NCBI GenBank assembly: GCA_963754925.1
Contig: CAVWHX010000003.1
Location: 576,001-640,000 of the forward strand
Source of the DNA: an uncultured delta proteobacterium
Lineage (GTDB): Bacteria; Myxococcota; B64-G9
Length of the DNA: 64,000 nt
Direction: 5' to 3'
Part shown: positions 10,242 through 21,363 of the stretch, in pieces
How positions within the stretch are numbered: position 1 is the first letter of the stretch
Layout: the number at the start of each line of letters is the position of its first letter
Position numbers and translations under genes: made by a program
Notes under the pieces: model-generated
Seen by the model: the letters and a program-made list of their open reading frames with translations, nothing else
The model's database searches: none
Told to the model about the DNA's origin: nothing

Positions 10242-11381
10242 CTATGAGTGCCGTTTGTGGAAACGCAACGCGCTAACGGTCAGAATGACAAAACCAAAAA
10301 TAAAAAGTGCTGCAAGTTGCGGCAGCAGGTCGCGAAAGTCGCTTGTCTTAAGCAAGCAGCTTCGCATGATATCAACATAGTAGCGGACCGGATCCAACAG
10401 CGTGATCGGTTGGATCCAGTGCGGCATGTTCTCGATCGGCGTCATAAAGCCCGACAGCAAAATGGCCGGCATGATGAAAAAAAATCCGCCCAAGATAGCC
10501 TGTTGTTGCGAGTGACTGATGGTGCTGATAAAGATTCCCACCCCCAAGGTGGTCATCAGATACAGCGCGCTCGCCACAAATATCAGCACCAGCGAACCGC
10601 GCAGCGGCACATCAAAAAGATACGATCCGACAACCAGGAGCAACATCAGCTCCACCAACCCAACGAACGCAAAGGGCAGACACTTGCCAACCAGGAGCAC
10701 CACGGGTCGCAGCGGCGTTACCAATATCTGCTCGATCGTTCCCAACTCTCGTTCGCGCGCAATGCCCATAGCCGTGAGAACGGTGGTGACAATCAGAAGC
10801 ACCATTGCCGCGACCGCCGGCACCATGAATATCCGCGTTGAGAGATGTGGATTAAACAATATCCGTGGCTGCAGCACCACCTGGGGCAGCTGCAGGACCA
10901 TGCCGCGGCTCGCCAAGGTTTGTTCTATCCGAGCCCGTACCATGGCTATCCCGCGCCCGCTGAGATATTCACTGGCAGCGGAAGCGGCGGTCTGTGACCG
11001 GATGGTGTCGGTGCCATCCACCAGCAACTGTATGTTGCTGGCATCGCCGCGCTCAACTGCGCGGGTAAACCCGACCGGTACGATAACCGCCAGGGAGGCC
11101 TGCCCGGTTTCGAGGAGGCGCGAGGCCGCCTCGGGGCTATGGGTCTCGGCAGTTTGAACGAACGTCTCACCCGCCAAAAGCCCTCTCAGCACATCGCGGC
11201 TCATGCTGGTTTGATCCAAATCGCAAATCGCCGTTGGAATATGATCGACGTCGAGATTGATCGCGAAACCGAAAAGAATGAGCTGGATAAGCGGAACCAG
11301 CAAGAGAATGGCGACCATGCGCGGATCACGAAACGCTTGGCGCAACTCTTTACGCATGACTGCCATGAGTTGAGCGACCAT
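10242..11381 (-). CDS. ABC-2 exporter permease (YbhR-like)
   Basis: RKELRQAFRD, ARERELGTIEQILVTP, LLSGFMTPIENMP. Confidence 0.93.
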   Translation of the reverse strand: MVAQLMAVMRKELRQAFRDPRMVAILLLVPLIQLILFGFAINLDVDHIPTAICDLDQTSMSRDVLRGLLAGETFVQTAETHSPEAASRLLETGQASLAVIVPVGFTRAVERGDASNIQLLVDGTDTIRSQTAASAASEYLSGRGIAMVRARIEQTLASRGMVLQLPQVVLQPRILFNPHLSTRIFMVPAVAAMVLLIVTTVLTAMGIARERELGTIEQILVTPLRPVVLLVGKCLPFAFVGLVELMLLLVVGSYLFDVPLRGSLVLIFVASALYLMTTLGVGIFISTISHSQQQAILGGFFFIMPAILLSGFMTPIENMPHWIQPITLLDPVRYYVDIMRSCLLKTSDFRDLLPQLAALFIFGFVILTVSALRFHKRHS

Positions 11382-11384
11382 TGG

Positions 11385-12512
11385 CTAATCCAACCTCCGC
11401 TTAAAGCGCATAGCGGAAAGAGCCACCATGACGAGGGCAAAAAGAAGCAACGCCGCAACGTGGGGATAGACCATCGAGAAATCGTTACCTTTGAGCAGTA
11501 TCCCGCGCATGGCGGCAATGAAATAGCGAGCCGGAACAATGAGGGAAACAAGTTGCAACGGCCACGGCATGTTCTCGATGGGAATCAAAAAGCCACTCAG
11601 CAGCATGGTCGGCAACATGCCGACCACCATGCCGGTTTGGGTGGCCACCTGCTGATTGCGGGTAATGACGCTGATCAAGAGGCCTTGGCTCAAGGTGCCG
11701 ATGAGGAACAGGGCCGACACTAAAAACAGCAGCCACAACGAGCCGCGCAGGGGCACGTCGAAAAGAATCGTCCCTAGGGTAACCACCAGGAGCACTTGGA
11801 TCATCCCCAACAACAGGTAGGGAAAAAGCTTGCCCAAAATCACCTCCAGCCGACCTACCGGGGTGGTAAAAAGTTGTTCCATGCTCCCCTGCTCCCACTC
11901 GCGGGCCACGGTCAACGCGGTGAGCAATACCGCGAGAATCGCTAAAATCAGGGCCATCAATCCGGGTACGATAAAGAGCACCGAGCGCATGCCCGGGTTG
12001 AAGCGCATGTAAATTCTCGCTTCCAAAAACAAGTCCTGCATCAAGCCGGTTGACCTGATCAGACGGACGCTCTCGGCCAGGGCGATTCCGTTGGTGTATC
12101 CCACGGCGATGGTGGCGGTGACGTCATTGGAACCGTCGAGCAGCAATTGGGCCACCGCTCCTTCTTTTCGCGCCAGGTGATCACCGAAGCCCGGTGGAAT
12201 GATCAGCGCTGCCTTGATTTCGCCGCGACGGAAACTCGGCTCGATCTGCTCTGGTCGATCGAAATGGCGCTCCACCGAGAACGCATCGCTGCTGCAGAGT
12301 GCGTCGACCAGGCGTCGGGCGTCCGGGCTGTGGTCCTGGTCAAGCAGGCCGACCGGCAATCGATCCAGATCGAACGAAATCGCATAGCCGAAAATAAAAA
12401 GCAGCACCACCGGCATGCCCAGCGCCATGTAGATCACCTGCACGTCCCGAACTATATGCAGGATCTCCTTGTGCGTCATGGCCACCAAGCGTTTGAAAAA
12501 TGAGCCCTTCAC
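11385..12512 (-). CDS. ABC-2 exporter permease (YbhS-like)
   Basis: KEILHIVRD, AREWEQGSMEQLFTTP, LLSGFLIPIENMP. Confidence 0.93.
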   Translation of the reverse strand: MKGSFFKRLVAMTHKEILHIVRDVQVIYMALGMPVVLLFIFGYAISFDLDRLPVGLLDQDHSPDARRLVDALCSSDAFSVERHFDRPEQIEPSFRRGEIKAALIIPPGFGDHLARKEGAVAQLLLDGSNDVTATIAVGYTNGIALAESVRLIRSTGLMQDLFLEARIYMRFNPGMRSVLFIVPGLMALILAILAVLLTALTVAREWEQGSMEQLFTTPVGRLEVILGKLFPYLLLGMIQVLLVVTLGTILFDVPLRGSLWLLFLVSALFLIGTLSQGLLISVITRNQQVATQTGMVVGMLPTMLLSGFLIPIENMPWPLQLVSLIVPARYFIAAMRGILLKGNDFSMVYPHVAALLLFALVMVALSAMRFKRRLD

Positions 12513-12620
12513 AGCAAGTCACCTCAACATACGCGTCGGGTCCTGCCGCCTCACATCCCCCGGCGGTGCTCGCATTCACTGCGCGCCGGCGGGGGGCCCC
12601 CTGCTCGGCGTCACCCGTCG

Positions 12621-13558
12621 CTATCCAGTACTACCTTGGGTCGTCCTGGCGACCGCCAGGAAAACGTCCTCTAACGATGCTTCCACGGGTTCGACCTGCG
12701 CCGCTGCATAGCCGTGGGTCTGCAGGCTTTCCTTGATATGGTGCTCGTTGAGTTGCTCGCCGCCGCGCACGTGAAACCCGCTGCCAAAGGGCTCTACTCC
12801 CGATACGCCTTCGAGATCGCGCAGCATCGCCAGCGCAGAGCGATCCGCGTCTCTCACCATGAACAGGCGGCCGGCGACAAAGGTGCGCTTGAGCTGCGCC
12901 GGCGTGTCCAACGCCACCAGGCGCCCATCGGCCATGAGGCCGACGCGATCACAGTACTCGGCCTCATCCATATAGTGCGTCGTGACAAAGAGCGTGGTGC
13001 CCGCTGCCGCCAGCTCGCGGATCAGTCGCCAAAACATTCGCCGCGAAGCCGGATCCACCCCGGCCGTCGGCTCGTCGAGGAATAGCACGCGCGGTTCATG
13101 TAGGAGGGCGCACGCAAGCGCAAGACGCTGGCGAATGCCTCCCGGCAGGTCGCCGGTCCGCAGCTGCCGTTGATCCGAAAGTCCCACCCGCTCAAGCAAG
13201 AAACCGATTTGCTTCGCCAACCGCTTGCCGCTGAGGCCATAGAGGCCGCCGAAAAATTCTACGTTTTCCTCCACTAGCAGGTCCATGTAGAGCGAGAACT
13301 TTTGAGACATGTAGCCGATCGAGCGCTTGACGCCCTCGGGGTCGTGCGCCACGTCCACCGCAGCAACCATTGCCTGGCCGCCGGATGGCTCCAACAACCC
13401 GCAGAGGATTTTGATGGTGGTGGACTTCCCGGCGCCATTCGCCCCCAAGTAACCGAAAATCTCCCCGGGCCACACGTCGAAGCTCACTTGGTTAACCGCG
13501 ACGAACTCACCGAAACGCCGGTGAGATCCCGCACGTGAATAACCGGTTCGCTACCCAT
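12621..13558 (-). CDS. ABC ATPase (C-terminal YbhF-like half), indel near 13520
   Basis: GANGAGKST, LPGG, LFLDEPT and TTHYMDEAE. The start MGSEPVIHVRDLT(R)RFGEFVAV is recovered by adding one C. Confidence 0.88.
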
Positions 13559-14499
13559 TCGAGACTCCCGCCGGCGTCGTTCGCGTATGCGCGAGAAAAA
13601 GATCTTCAAACTCCGGTCGTATCGCCACCAGACGTCCCCCTACCGGCATGAGCCTCTCCCGCAACCCAGCCTCGTCACCTTTGACGCTCACCACCCGAAT
13701 GCGGGCTCCGGCCGGGGTCAGGGCCACCACCCGTGCGTCGCCGCTCAACTCGTGCTCGACGCAAGTGCGACTGGCGCCTTCCACCAAGAAGGTCACGTAC
13801 TCGCGCTCGAACTGCTCGAGCAAGGCCCCCGGCTGCCCCTGCAGCACCAATCGGCCGTGGTGAATTAATCCAACCCGCTGGCAGCGCGCCGCCTCATCCA
13901 TATAGGGAGTCGATAACACAATCGCCATACCCTCGGAGACAAACTCATACAGCAGGTCCCACAACTCGCGCCGGCTGACCGGATCCACCCCGTTGGTGGG
14001 CTCGTCGAGTAATAGGATCTGGGGACGGTGGAGCAATGCGCACGCCAGCGCCAGTTTCTGTATACATTCCGCCCGAGAGAGCGTCCGCGCGTCGATCGGT
14101 AAACCGATTGAGCCGGGTGATCCGCAGCAATCGTTCCCGACGGGCTGCATAGTCATCTGCCGACAGCGAAAAGAGCTGGCCAAAAAAATAGAGATTCTCG
14201 TCGACGCTCAAGTCCCCGTAGAGGCTGTACTGTTGGGGCATGTACCCGACCATGCCGCTTAATGATCGCCGGGCACGTAAGGGATCTCTCCCGCCAACGA
14301 GGACCGCTCCTGCCGACGGCGCCATCAACCCGGCCAGGATGCGGATCGCGGTGGTCTTGCCGGCGCCATCCGGACCAATCAGTCCGAAGAGTTCTTTGGA
14401 GTTAACTTCAAAACTAACTCCCCGGAGCGCGTGAACCGATCCAAAGAAACGCTCCAGGGCCAGTGTTTGCAGTATCGCTGCGCTTTCCGTCATACTCAC
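13551..14499 (-). CDS. ABC ATPase (N-terminal YbhF-like half), indel near 14061
   Basis: GPDGAGKTT and LSGGM in ORF 13945..14499; QKLALACALLHRPQILLLDEPT in ORF 13551..14183. One extra base in ATGTATACAG. Confidence 0.88.
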
Positions 14500-15542
14500 G
14501 TTCCCGTGCCATCGATGGTGACTTCGACGGGCATGCCGGGCCGCAGCTTGCCATCGTGGTTTTCGATGCGAACCTCCACGCCATACACCAATCGGTCGCG
14601 GTCCTCGCGGGTCTGAATATTTTTCGGAGTAAACTCCGCCTCGGCCGCAACGCGCCGGATTCGACCTACGAAACGCTCGTTGGGGTAGGCGTCGGCCTGC
14701 ACGGTCACCGCAAGCCCGGGCGCAGCCTTGGCCAGCTCGGCATTCGGCAGGTAGAACGTTACCTTCGCCTCGCGGGTATCCACCACCGTTAGAATATTGG
14801 TGCCCGGCAGCACCGCTTCGCCCGGCTCAAAATAGCGTTCGCTCACCACCCCGGCCCGGGGTGCCGTGAGTCGACACTCGCCGACCATGACTTCGGCACG
14901 GATTACCGTCGCGCGCGAGGCGATAACCGCGCTTTCGGCCGACTCAATCTGCGCTTGCGCCGCCAGGCTGTTTCGTTGCGCCGCCGTCGCTTGGGCGCGT
15001 GCGGCCTGCTCGCTCGCGCTCATCCCTTGAATCTGCTCCGTTACGGTCAACACCTGATCCCGACCGCGATCGAGGTTTTCGCTCGTAACCGCTCCGGCAT
15101 CTTTAAGCGCCGTCAAGCGCGCGAGTTCGCGTTCGGCAATGGCTTTTCCCGTCTGCAAGGTCTGTTTTTGCGCGGCAGCGGCCTCGACCGTCTGCTGGGC
15201 GGCCCGGGCGCCGGCCACCGATGCGTCGGCAACCGCGTGCGCCGCCTGGGCGGAGGCCTCGGCGGCGGCACGTTGGGCCTGCGCCTGGTCGAGTTGAGCC
15301 GCGGAGTCGGTGCAGTCGAGCTCGACGAGAACCTGACCCGCCTGTACCTGGTCGCCCTCGTTCACGTTAATGGCCTTGATGCGGGCCGGAATGCGTGAAG
15401 TGATATGCAGATCGATCCCCTCGATCGTACCGCTGCCTTTGGCCGGTCCTTCGGTTCTGGCCTTAAGCTCGCGCAACCTAAAAAAGAGCGCTATCGACAA
15501 ACCAATCACCAACAGCGCCAGGAGAATGCCAACCCGTTTCAT
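14496..15542 (-). CDS. HlyD-family periplasmic adaptor (YbhG-like)
   Basis: N-terminal TM, lipoyl-like VNEGDQVQAGQVLVELD, AEFTPKNIQTREDR, LRPGMP. Confidence 0.93.
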   Translation of the reverse strand: MKRVGILLALLVIGLSIALFFRLRELKARTEGPAKGSGTIEGIDLHITSRIPARIKAINVNEGDQVQAGQVLVELDCTDSAAQLDQAQAQRAAAEASAQAAHAVADASVAGARAAQQTVEAAAAQKQTLQTGKAIAERELARLTALKDAGAVTSENLDRGRDQVLTVTEQIQGMSASEQAARAQATAAQRNSLAAQAQIESAESAVIASRATVIRAEVMVGECRLTAPRAGVVSERYFEPGEAVLPGTNILTVVDTREAKVTFYLPNAELAKAAPGLAVTVQADAYPNERFVGRIRRVAAEAEFTPKNIQTREDRDRLVYGVEVRIENHDGKLRPGMPVEVTIDGTGT

Positions 15543-15591
15543 ATTGACCTCGTTGCCAATTGAACTCTAAATCAAGCAATCATTAATTCAT

Positions 15592-15610
15592 GTTGCACCT
15601 AATATGCAAC
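15592..15610. promoter_or_regulatory. Candidate operator upstream of the exporter operon
   Basis: GTTGCA-N7-TGCAAC inverted repeat 50 bp upstream of the HlyD start. Confidence 0.35.
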
Positions 15611-15643
15611 GCATTCTTTTATCTCTCATAGGCTATCCTCTCG

Positions 15644-15943
15644 GTGTATATACACCATTCCAAGAGAGGAAAGAAATTGGCTTCAGCTCCAGAAGAAAAT
15701 TCCAACAATACGTTTGAGCGGATCTTCAACCCGAGCGAGGCAATCCATTCCTCGGGCAAACCCGTCGTGCTGTTGCTCCCCAATCCAAAACGGGATCTGA
15801 ATTCCTTGGAAGTCGAAGAGGTCCTCCGAAAAACGCGCCAGGAATTCCTCCAATGGAAGATACCGGTTTTTGATGATTTGAAAGATGCGCTGAGAGCAAT
15901 ACACCATGTCACTGAATATTGTCTCAAACGTGAAGCAACATGA
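15644..15943 (+). pseudogene. Probable 3' remnant of a CoA-binding/acyl-CoA synthetase (NDP-forming) gene
   Basis: SGKPVVLLL...EFLQWKIPVFDDLKDALRAI recalls the C-terminal ligase-CoA tail; no N-terminal domains; AT-rich. Confidence 0.4.
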
Positions 15944-16024
15944 ACGCAGCTACCAACACTGTTGAAAAGTTTCTCATCTGTTAGTACAACGGAAACCAAC
16001 GATCATCTGAATTGAGAGAACAGT

Positions 16025-16546
16025 ATGTGGTTATGGGAATTTTTAGGTATCGAAAACAAGGATCGGAAGCAAATTGCACCATCCAGCCAGACTGATACCG
16101 TCCGACAAATAGTTCGTGAGCTGGATAAACTGGATATCGCACAGGCGCGCTACATCGCCTGCTTCGCGTATCTTCTCAGTCGGGTTGCTCATGCAGACCT
16201 CGAGTTTAAGGAAGAAGAAACGCTGCGCATCGAGCAAATCGTGATGCAGCTTGGCGGACTGCCGGAGGAGCAAGCCGTCCTGGTCACCACCATGGCCAAG
16301 ACCCACACCGAATTGTTCGGCGGCACCGAGGACTTTCTGGTCACCCGGGAGTTCAACGGAATCGCCGACCGCGAACAAAAGCTCAGTCTCATTCGATGCC
16401 TTTTTTCGGTTGCTGCGGCCGACGGAGTTATTTCCACGGTGGAGGATAACGAGATCATTCAAATCGCTTCGGAGTTGAACCTCGACCGTAGCGATGTGGG
16501 ATCCATTCGCGCGGATTTTCGGGAATATCTGGGGGTGCTTAAGTAG
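16025..16546 (+). CDS. TerB-family protein
   Basis: LLSRVAHADLEFKEEE and LFSVAAADGVISTVEDNEIIQIASELNL, the two TerB-type AxAD motifs. Confidence 0.88.
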   Translation: MWLWEFLGIENKDRKQIAPSSQTDTVRQIVRELDKLDIAQARYIACFAYLLSRVAHADLEFKEEETLRIEQIVMQLGGLPEEQAVLVTTMAKTHTELFGGTEDFLVTREFNGIADREQKLSLIRCLFSVAAADGVISTVEDNEIIQIASELNLDRSDVGSIRADFREYLGVLK

Positions 16547-16805
16547 GGGCGGTTCACGAACCGCCCCTACAGGCGCCCGTAACGCGAGCAAAGCTCGCTA
16601 ACGGGCTCCTGGGATTCCCGCCAAACCCACAGGATAAGAGACTGCCCAAAGGATAAGAGCTTGTAAGACTCACTTCGTTCGTCAACAAGCTCTGATAACT
16701 CCCTTCGGTCGTAAACAGTCTCTAACCCCTAAAGGGATAAGAGACCGTAAGCTTCGCTCTGCTCAGCAACGGTCTCTAACCGCACGCCGCCTGCGCGGGA
16801 ATGAC
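16543..16805. repeat. Composite REP cluster: GTAG-type REP, split CGTC-type REP and three GGATAAGAG hairpin units (one nested)
   Basis: GTAGGGGCGGTTCACGAACCGCCCCTAC at 16543-16570. REP halves CTGGGATTCCCGCC (16609-16622) and CCGCCTGCGCGGGAATGAC (16787-16805). Units start at 16632, 16651 and 16735. Confidence 0.8.
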
Positions 16806-16838
16806 TAATAAAAGATAGTGGCGAGCTTCGACCTGAAG

Positions 16839-18462
16839 TCAGCAGCGACACCCTTCACCGGAAAAATATTCGTCGTAACGCTTGTTCGCCTGTTCCCCAA
16901 AAAGGATCCGGCATGCCTCATAAATTCCCTGGGCCTGCTTGAGATCTTCGTGCGGGATAACCAGGGCAATCTTTGATCTTCGTCTTAAGAAATCCTCCAG
17001 ACGGACAACCATTTCGAAAACCGCCGCCTGATGCAATTCGCAGCGCAGGTACTGCGAACCTTTGATCAGAACTTCTTCCATGCCCGGCTGCCGCCGAATC
17101 TGTTCCAAGAGGACAAACGCTCGCATGCCATAGCGGCGCCAGAGGCGGTTGGAAAGCTTTTCATTGGTGTCGCTCTCGCGCAACTCATCCAAATGCATCA
17201 GGCGCGCCTGGCGGAAGAACTCTTCCCGTGTGGTTTTGGGGGGTTCCCCGTACCAGCGTTCAGGTTTTTCATGCATCGCCACGCCCATGGATTGCACGAG
17301 CATGACCACTTCTTGGCCGATATTTAAACAGTCGGTGAGTTTCCCGCCAAAAATACTCAAATACCGATCGTTGACATCGATGGCATGCTTGCGTGAGAGA
17401 GAAAACCATTCCTGGGCCGCATCCGATCCGGCAGCTGGCGCTCCTTCCACGACCAGAGGCCGCACCCCGCAGCGTTCCGATATGACATCCGCTTCGGTCA
17501 GAGGGTGCTCGAGATTCAAACAAGGATTGATATTGTCGAGCACGTATTTTCGATCTTCAGGCGTCACCTCGCTCTCCGGCTTCTCGACCCGGGTATCGGT
17601 GGTGCCGATCACCGAACACGGCCCCATCGGGATAACGAAAAACATGCGCCCCTGCTCGTCGAAAAAGGTCAGCACCCGCTCCTGGTCCACCAATCGCCGG
17701 ACCACTAAATGAATGCCTTTTGAAAACACGTGTCGATGCGTCGTGTTGATCTTATTGATGTGATTGACGGCATCAACGTACGGCCCGGCTGCATTGATGA
17801 TCACGCGGGCCCGGATCGTTTTTTCGACGCTAGAATCGATATCCCGCACCTTCGCCACCCATAGGTTGGACGCTTTGGTGGCTTCGAGGAACTCCACATA
17901 ATTGGCCGCGATGGCGCCGGAGTTGAGCGCGGAACGAATGAAGCCAAAAACAAAACGCGAGTCGTTGTCCAGCAACCGGGCGTCCGAGTATTCCACGCCA
18001 CCGGAAAAACGTTGTTGATGAATCAACGGTTCTTCTTTTCGTATCTTTCCGACGGTCAGCAACCGCGGCGCACGGGTGAACCCCCGGCCAAATACCCAAT
18101 AGAGCCAGGCCCCGCAGTAAATCATCCACGGAGGCCAGCGGAAATCCTTCCGAATCGCCGCATAAAATCTAGTTTCTGATAATATTGGCCGGATAGGCCC
18201 GAATCAGCCGGTTGCGCGAGGCGCACAATTTCCACACCAACGGAAACTCAAAACTCTCCATATATTTGATCCCGCCCCAGACAAGATTTGAAGAGGATTG
18301 GCTGGTAAGGGAACCGAAATCGCCTTTCTCAACGAGCGCCACCGAACAACCGCTGGCCGACAAAGCGGCGGCGGCGACGGCCCCGTTGATCCCTCCGCCG
18401 ACAATCAAAACATCGTAAGGATGCTTATCAAACCTGTTGATATTTGCCTGTCGCAGCGTCAT
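16839..18462 (-). CDS. glpD: FAD-dependent glycerol-3-phosphate dehydrogenase, indel near 18175
   Basis: DVLIVGGGINGA and TSQSSSNLVWGGIKY in ORF 18169..18462; NAAGPY, SKGIHL, IGTTD, GVRPL, GGKLT and DFLRRRS in ORF 16839..18125. Confidence 0.88.
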
Positions 18463-18601
18463 GGCGCTCTCCTTGATACCATCAAGAGTTGGCCCTGTCC
18501 AGAGGCGAAATCGCCTGGTGAGGAAACTGAGATTTTAATACGTCGTGGTTATTTGATTTTAGCAAAATGGAGACGTAGGATGCTGCGTTCGAGGTGATCC
18601 C

Positions 18602-19213
18602 ATGGGCACTCCGATAGAAACTGAAACTAAGTTCCCCATTGATTCCTGGCGGGTCTGGGAGGAAGCGCTTAATCATGAAGGGGCGGTGTTGGTAACGGGC
18701 CGCCACTTCGAGAGGAACACTCTCTTTGATGACCAGCGCGGATCGCTGGTTCGCCAGGGCTGCACCCTGCGCTTGCGTGAGGTGCCGGACGGCGGATACC
18801 TGACCCTTAAAGGTCCTCCCCGCCAAATCGGCCCCATTAAGGAACGCGAAGAGCTTGAATCCGAAATCGCCAACCCCTCGGTATGCGAGCAAATTTTTCT
18901 CAAGCTGGGATTTGCTCCAACCTTTCGGTACGAAAAGTATCGAGCGATCTATCGGTTAGACAAGACAACGATTACCCTCGATGAAGTCCCGATAGGGTTC
19001 TTTATCGAGATCGAGGGAAACGCCGAGATGATTTCGACCGCGGCGGCGCGGTTGGGACTTGACCTGGGCGCCGCTACGCCTCTATCCTATGTGCGCTTGT
19101 ATGCGTTGGCCAGACAAAACGATCCGAGCCTGTCGGAGTTTATGGTTTTTTCTAAACAGCAGAGGGAAATACATGGTTCGCGCAACGCCAGCCAGGGGAA
19201 CGAAAGGAAGTAA
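18602..19213 (+). CDS. CYTH-domain (class IV adenylate cyclase-like/triphosphate tunnel) protein
   Basis: ETETK (ExExK), LRLR, LTLKG, REELE, YEKYR, FIEIEG and terminal SY. Confidence 0.9.
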   Translation: MGTPIETETKFPIDSWRVWEEALNHEGAVLVTGRHFERNTLFDDQRGSLVRQGCTLRLREVPDGGYLTLKGPPRQIGPIKEREELESEIANPSVCEQIFLKLGFAPTFRYEKYRAIYRLDKTTITLDEVPIGFFIEIEGNAEMISTAAARLGLDLGAATPLSYVRLYALARQNDPSLSEFMVFSKQQREIHGSRNASQGNERK

Positions 19214-21322
19214 AAAAGTTGTTTCCCCGAAAATTTCGAAATCCATCCGACCGTCCACGGTCGAGCAATTCATCAACCGCGATCTAGGCTGGCTGGAATT
19301 CAACCGCCGGGTGTTAGGGTTAGCCGCGGACCCACGGGTCCCGCTTTTGGAGCGAATCTTTTTTCTTTCGATCTTCAGCTCGAACTTGGACGAATTCTTC
19401 ATGAAGCGCGTGGGAGCGCTCCGCAGACTCGCTAAAAGCAACCTAACCCTGCTCAAGCCCAACGTTAAAAACCCTGTCGCATTGATGACCGCCATTCGGG
19501 AAAAAACCATCGAGCTGATTGAATTGCAAGGCCGGATCTACGAAAAAAACATCATCCCGGAACTGGCGCGCAACCATGTTTTTCTGCTTAAGCCGAACAG
19601 TCTGACGCCGGACGAGCGATCGGAGGTCGACGAGTACTTCCAGACGCACGTCTTTCCCGTGCTCACTCCGCTGGCCGTGGACCCGGGGCACCCTTTCCCC
19701 TTCATTTCAAACAACTCCCTATCCCTGGGCGTTATCCTGAGCAATCCGGGCTCTGACGAAAAGATGTTCGCCCGGATAAAACTCCCTGCCGTATTACCCG
19801 CCTTCGTACGCCTGTACTCGACGGATGATCACTCCTACCGCTTTATCAGCCTTATCGACCTCATCTGTCTGCACGTTGATAAGCTCTTTGAGGGAATGGA
19901 GATCAAGAAGATCATGCCGTTCCGTATCACCAGAAACGCGGAGATCGAGCTGGATGAAGAGGAGGCGGATGATCTTCTCGACATGATTTCGGAAGAGATC
20001 CGCCTGAGGCGGTTTGAGCAGGTGATTCGATTGAAGTACAGCGGAAAACCTATGCAGTATATGCTTAATCTGTTACAGGAACAGCTACAGCTGGAACGAT
20101 CCGATGTATACGAGGCTAAAGGGCTATTGGACTATACCGATTTGCGTGTTATCGCCGACCTGCCGATTCCCGGGCTGCACTGGCCGCGTTGGTCTCCCGT
20201 GCCGTCGAAACAGTTCGGCGACGACGATGCCGATATTTTCAGCATGATCAGAAACCGAGACATTTTGGTCCATCATCCGTATGAAAGCTTTTCGTCCAGC
20301 GTTGAACGGTTTGTCACGGCCGCCGCCGAAGATCCGCGGGTGGTCGCCATTAAAATCACTCTCTATCGGACGGCCGAGGACAGCCCCTTTATTCCGGCGC
20401 TCATCCGCGCTGCCGAAGACGGCAAGCAAGTCGTGACCATCATCGAGCTCAAGGCGCGTTTCGACGAACAACGGAACATCCGCATCGGCCAGCGATTAGA
20501 GGAGGCCGGCGTTCATGTGGTGTATGGCATTGTCGGCCTTAGACCCACACCAAGATCACGCTCATTGTGCGCAACGAATCGGACGGAATCCAATGTTACG
20601 CCCATATCGGCACCGGTAATTATCACATTCACACCGCCAAACTCTATGCCGATCTGAGCCTGTTCACCTGCCGGACGGATATCACCCAGGACTTAGTCGA
20701 ACTGTTTCATTTCATGACCGGCAAATCGCTCAAGCACGAGTACCTCAAATTACTGGTGGCTCCGGTTAACATGAAAGCGCGATTTCTCGAGATGATTCAG
20801 CGCGAGAAGACCAACAAACAGGAACACCAGCCCGCCCGGATCATCGCCAAAATGAATTCGTTGGAAGATCGCGACATCTGCGAAGCTCTCTATCAAGCCT
20901 CGCAGGCCGGCGTGCCCATCACTCTGATTGTCAGAGGTTTCTGTTGCTTGCGGCCAGGGGTGAAAGGGATCAGCGATACTATTGAGGTTTTCTCCGTCTT
21001 GGGACGCTTCCTGGAACATTCCCGCATTTTTTATTTTGCCGCAGGACACGCAGATCGGTTGGACGGCGAGTACTACATCGGGTCGTCGGATTGGATGCAC
21101 CGAAACCTCGAGCACCGGGTCGAGGTCATTACGCCGGTAGAGGACAGCCACGCGAAGGCCAGGCTCCAGGAAATCTTGGACGCCATGATCCAAGACCACT
21201 GTTTCGCGTGGGAAATGAAGCCCGACGGCTCCTACCTCTTACGCAAGCCATCGCGGCAGTGCCCCGTCGAAGAAACTGTCGGCACGCACGAGCGGTTGAT
21301 TGAAATCGCCGGTGAAAGTTAG
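19173..21322 (+). CDS. ppk1: Polyphosphate kinase 1, indel near 20541
   Basis: NRDLGWLEFNRRVL, NLDEFFMKRV, HPFPFI, HHPYESF, ELKARFDE; GL(K)THTK broken by a missing A; then HIGTGNY and GRFLEHSR. Confidence 0.95.
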
Positions 21323-21362
21323 AGCCCGTTAGTGAGCGAAGCGAACGTACGGGCTCTTATCC
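21318..21362 (-). repeat. GGATAAGAG hairpin element between convergent genes
   Basis: Minus strand GGATAAGAGCCCG-tacgttcgcttcgctcactaa-CGGGCTCTAAC; overlaps the ppk1 stop codon. Confidence 0.8.
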
Positions 21363-21363
21363 C

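Noticed and set aside
16025..16546. Tellurite-resistance or anti-phage ter operon
   Set aside because: A solitary TerB-domain gene; no terA/C/D/Z.
16543..16805. Possible CRISPR array
   Set aside because: The repeats are palindromic, nested and irregularly spaced, with no constant repeat-spacer period and no cas genes.
20530..20560. Programmed ribosomal frameshifting in ppk1 or other split genes
   Set aside because: No slippery heptamer or stimulatory structure is evident, and the many unrelated breaks favour assembly error.
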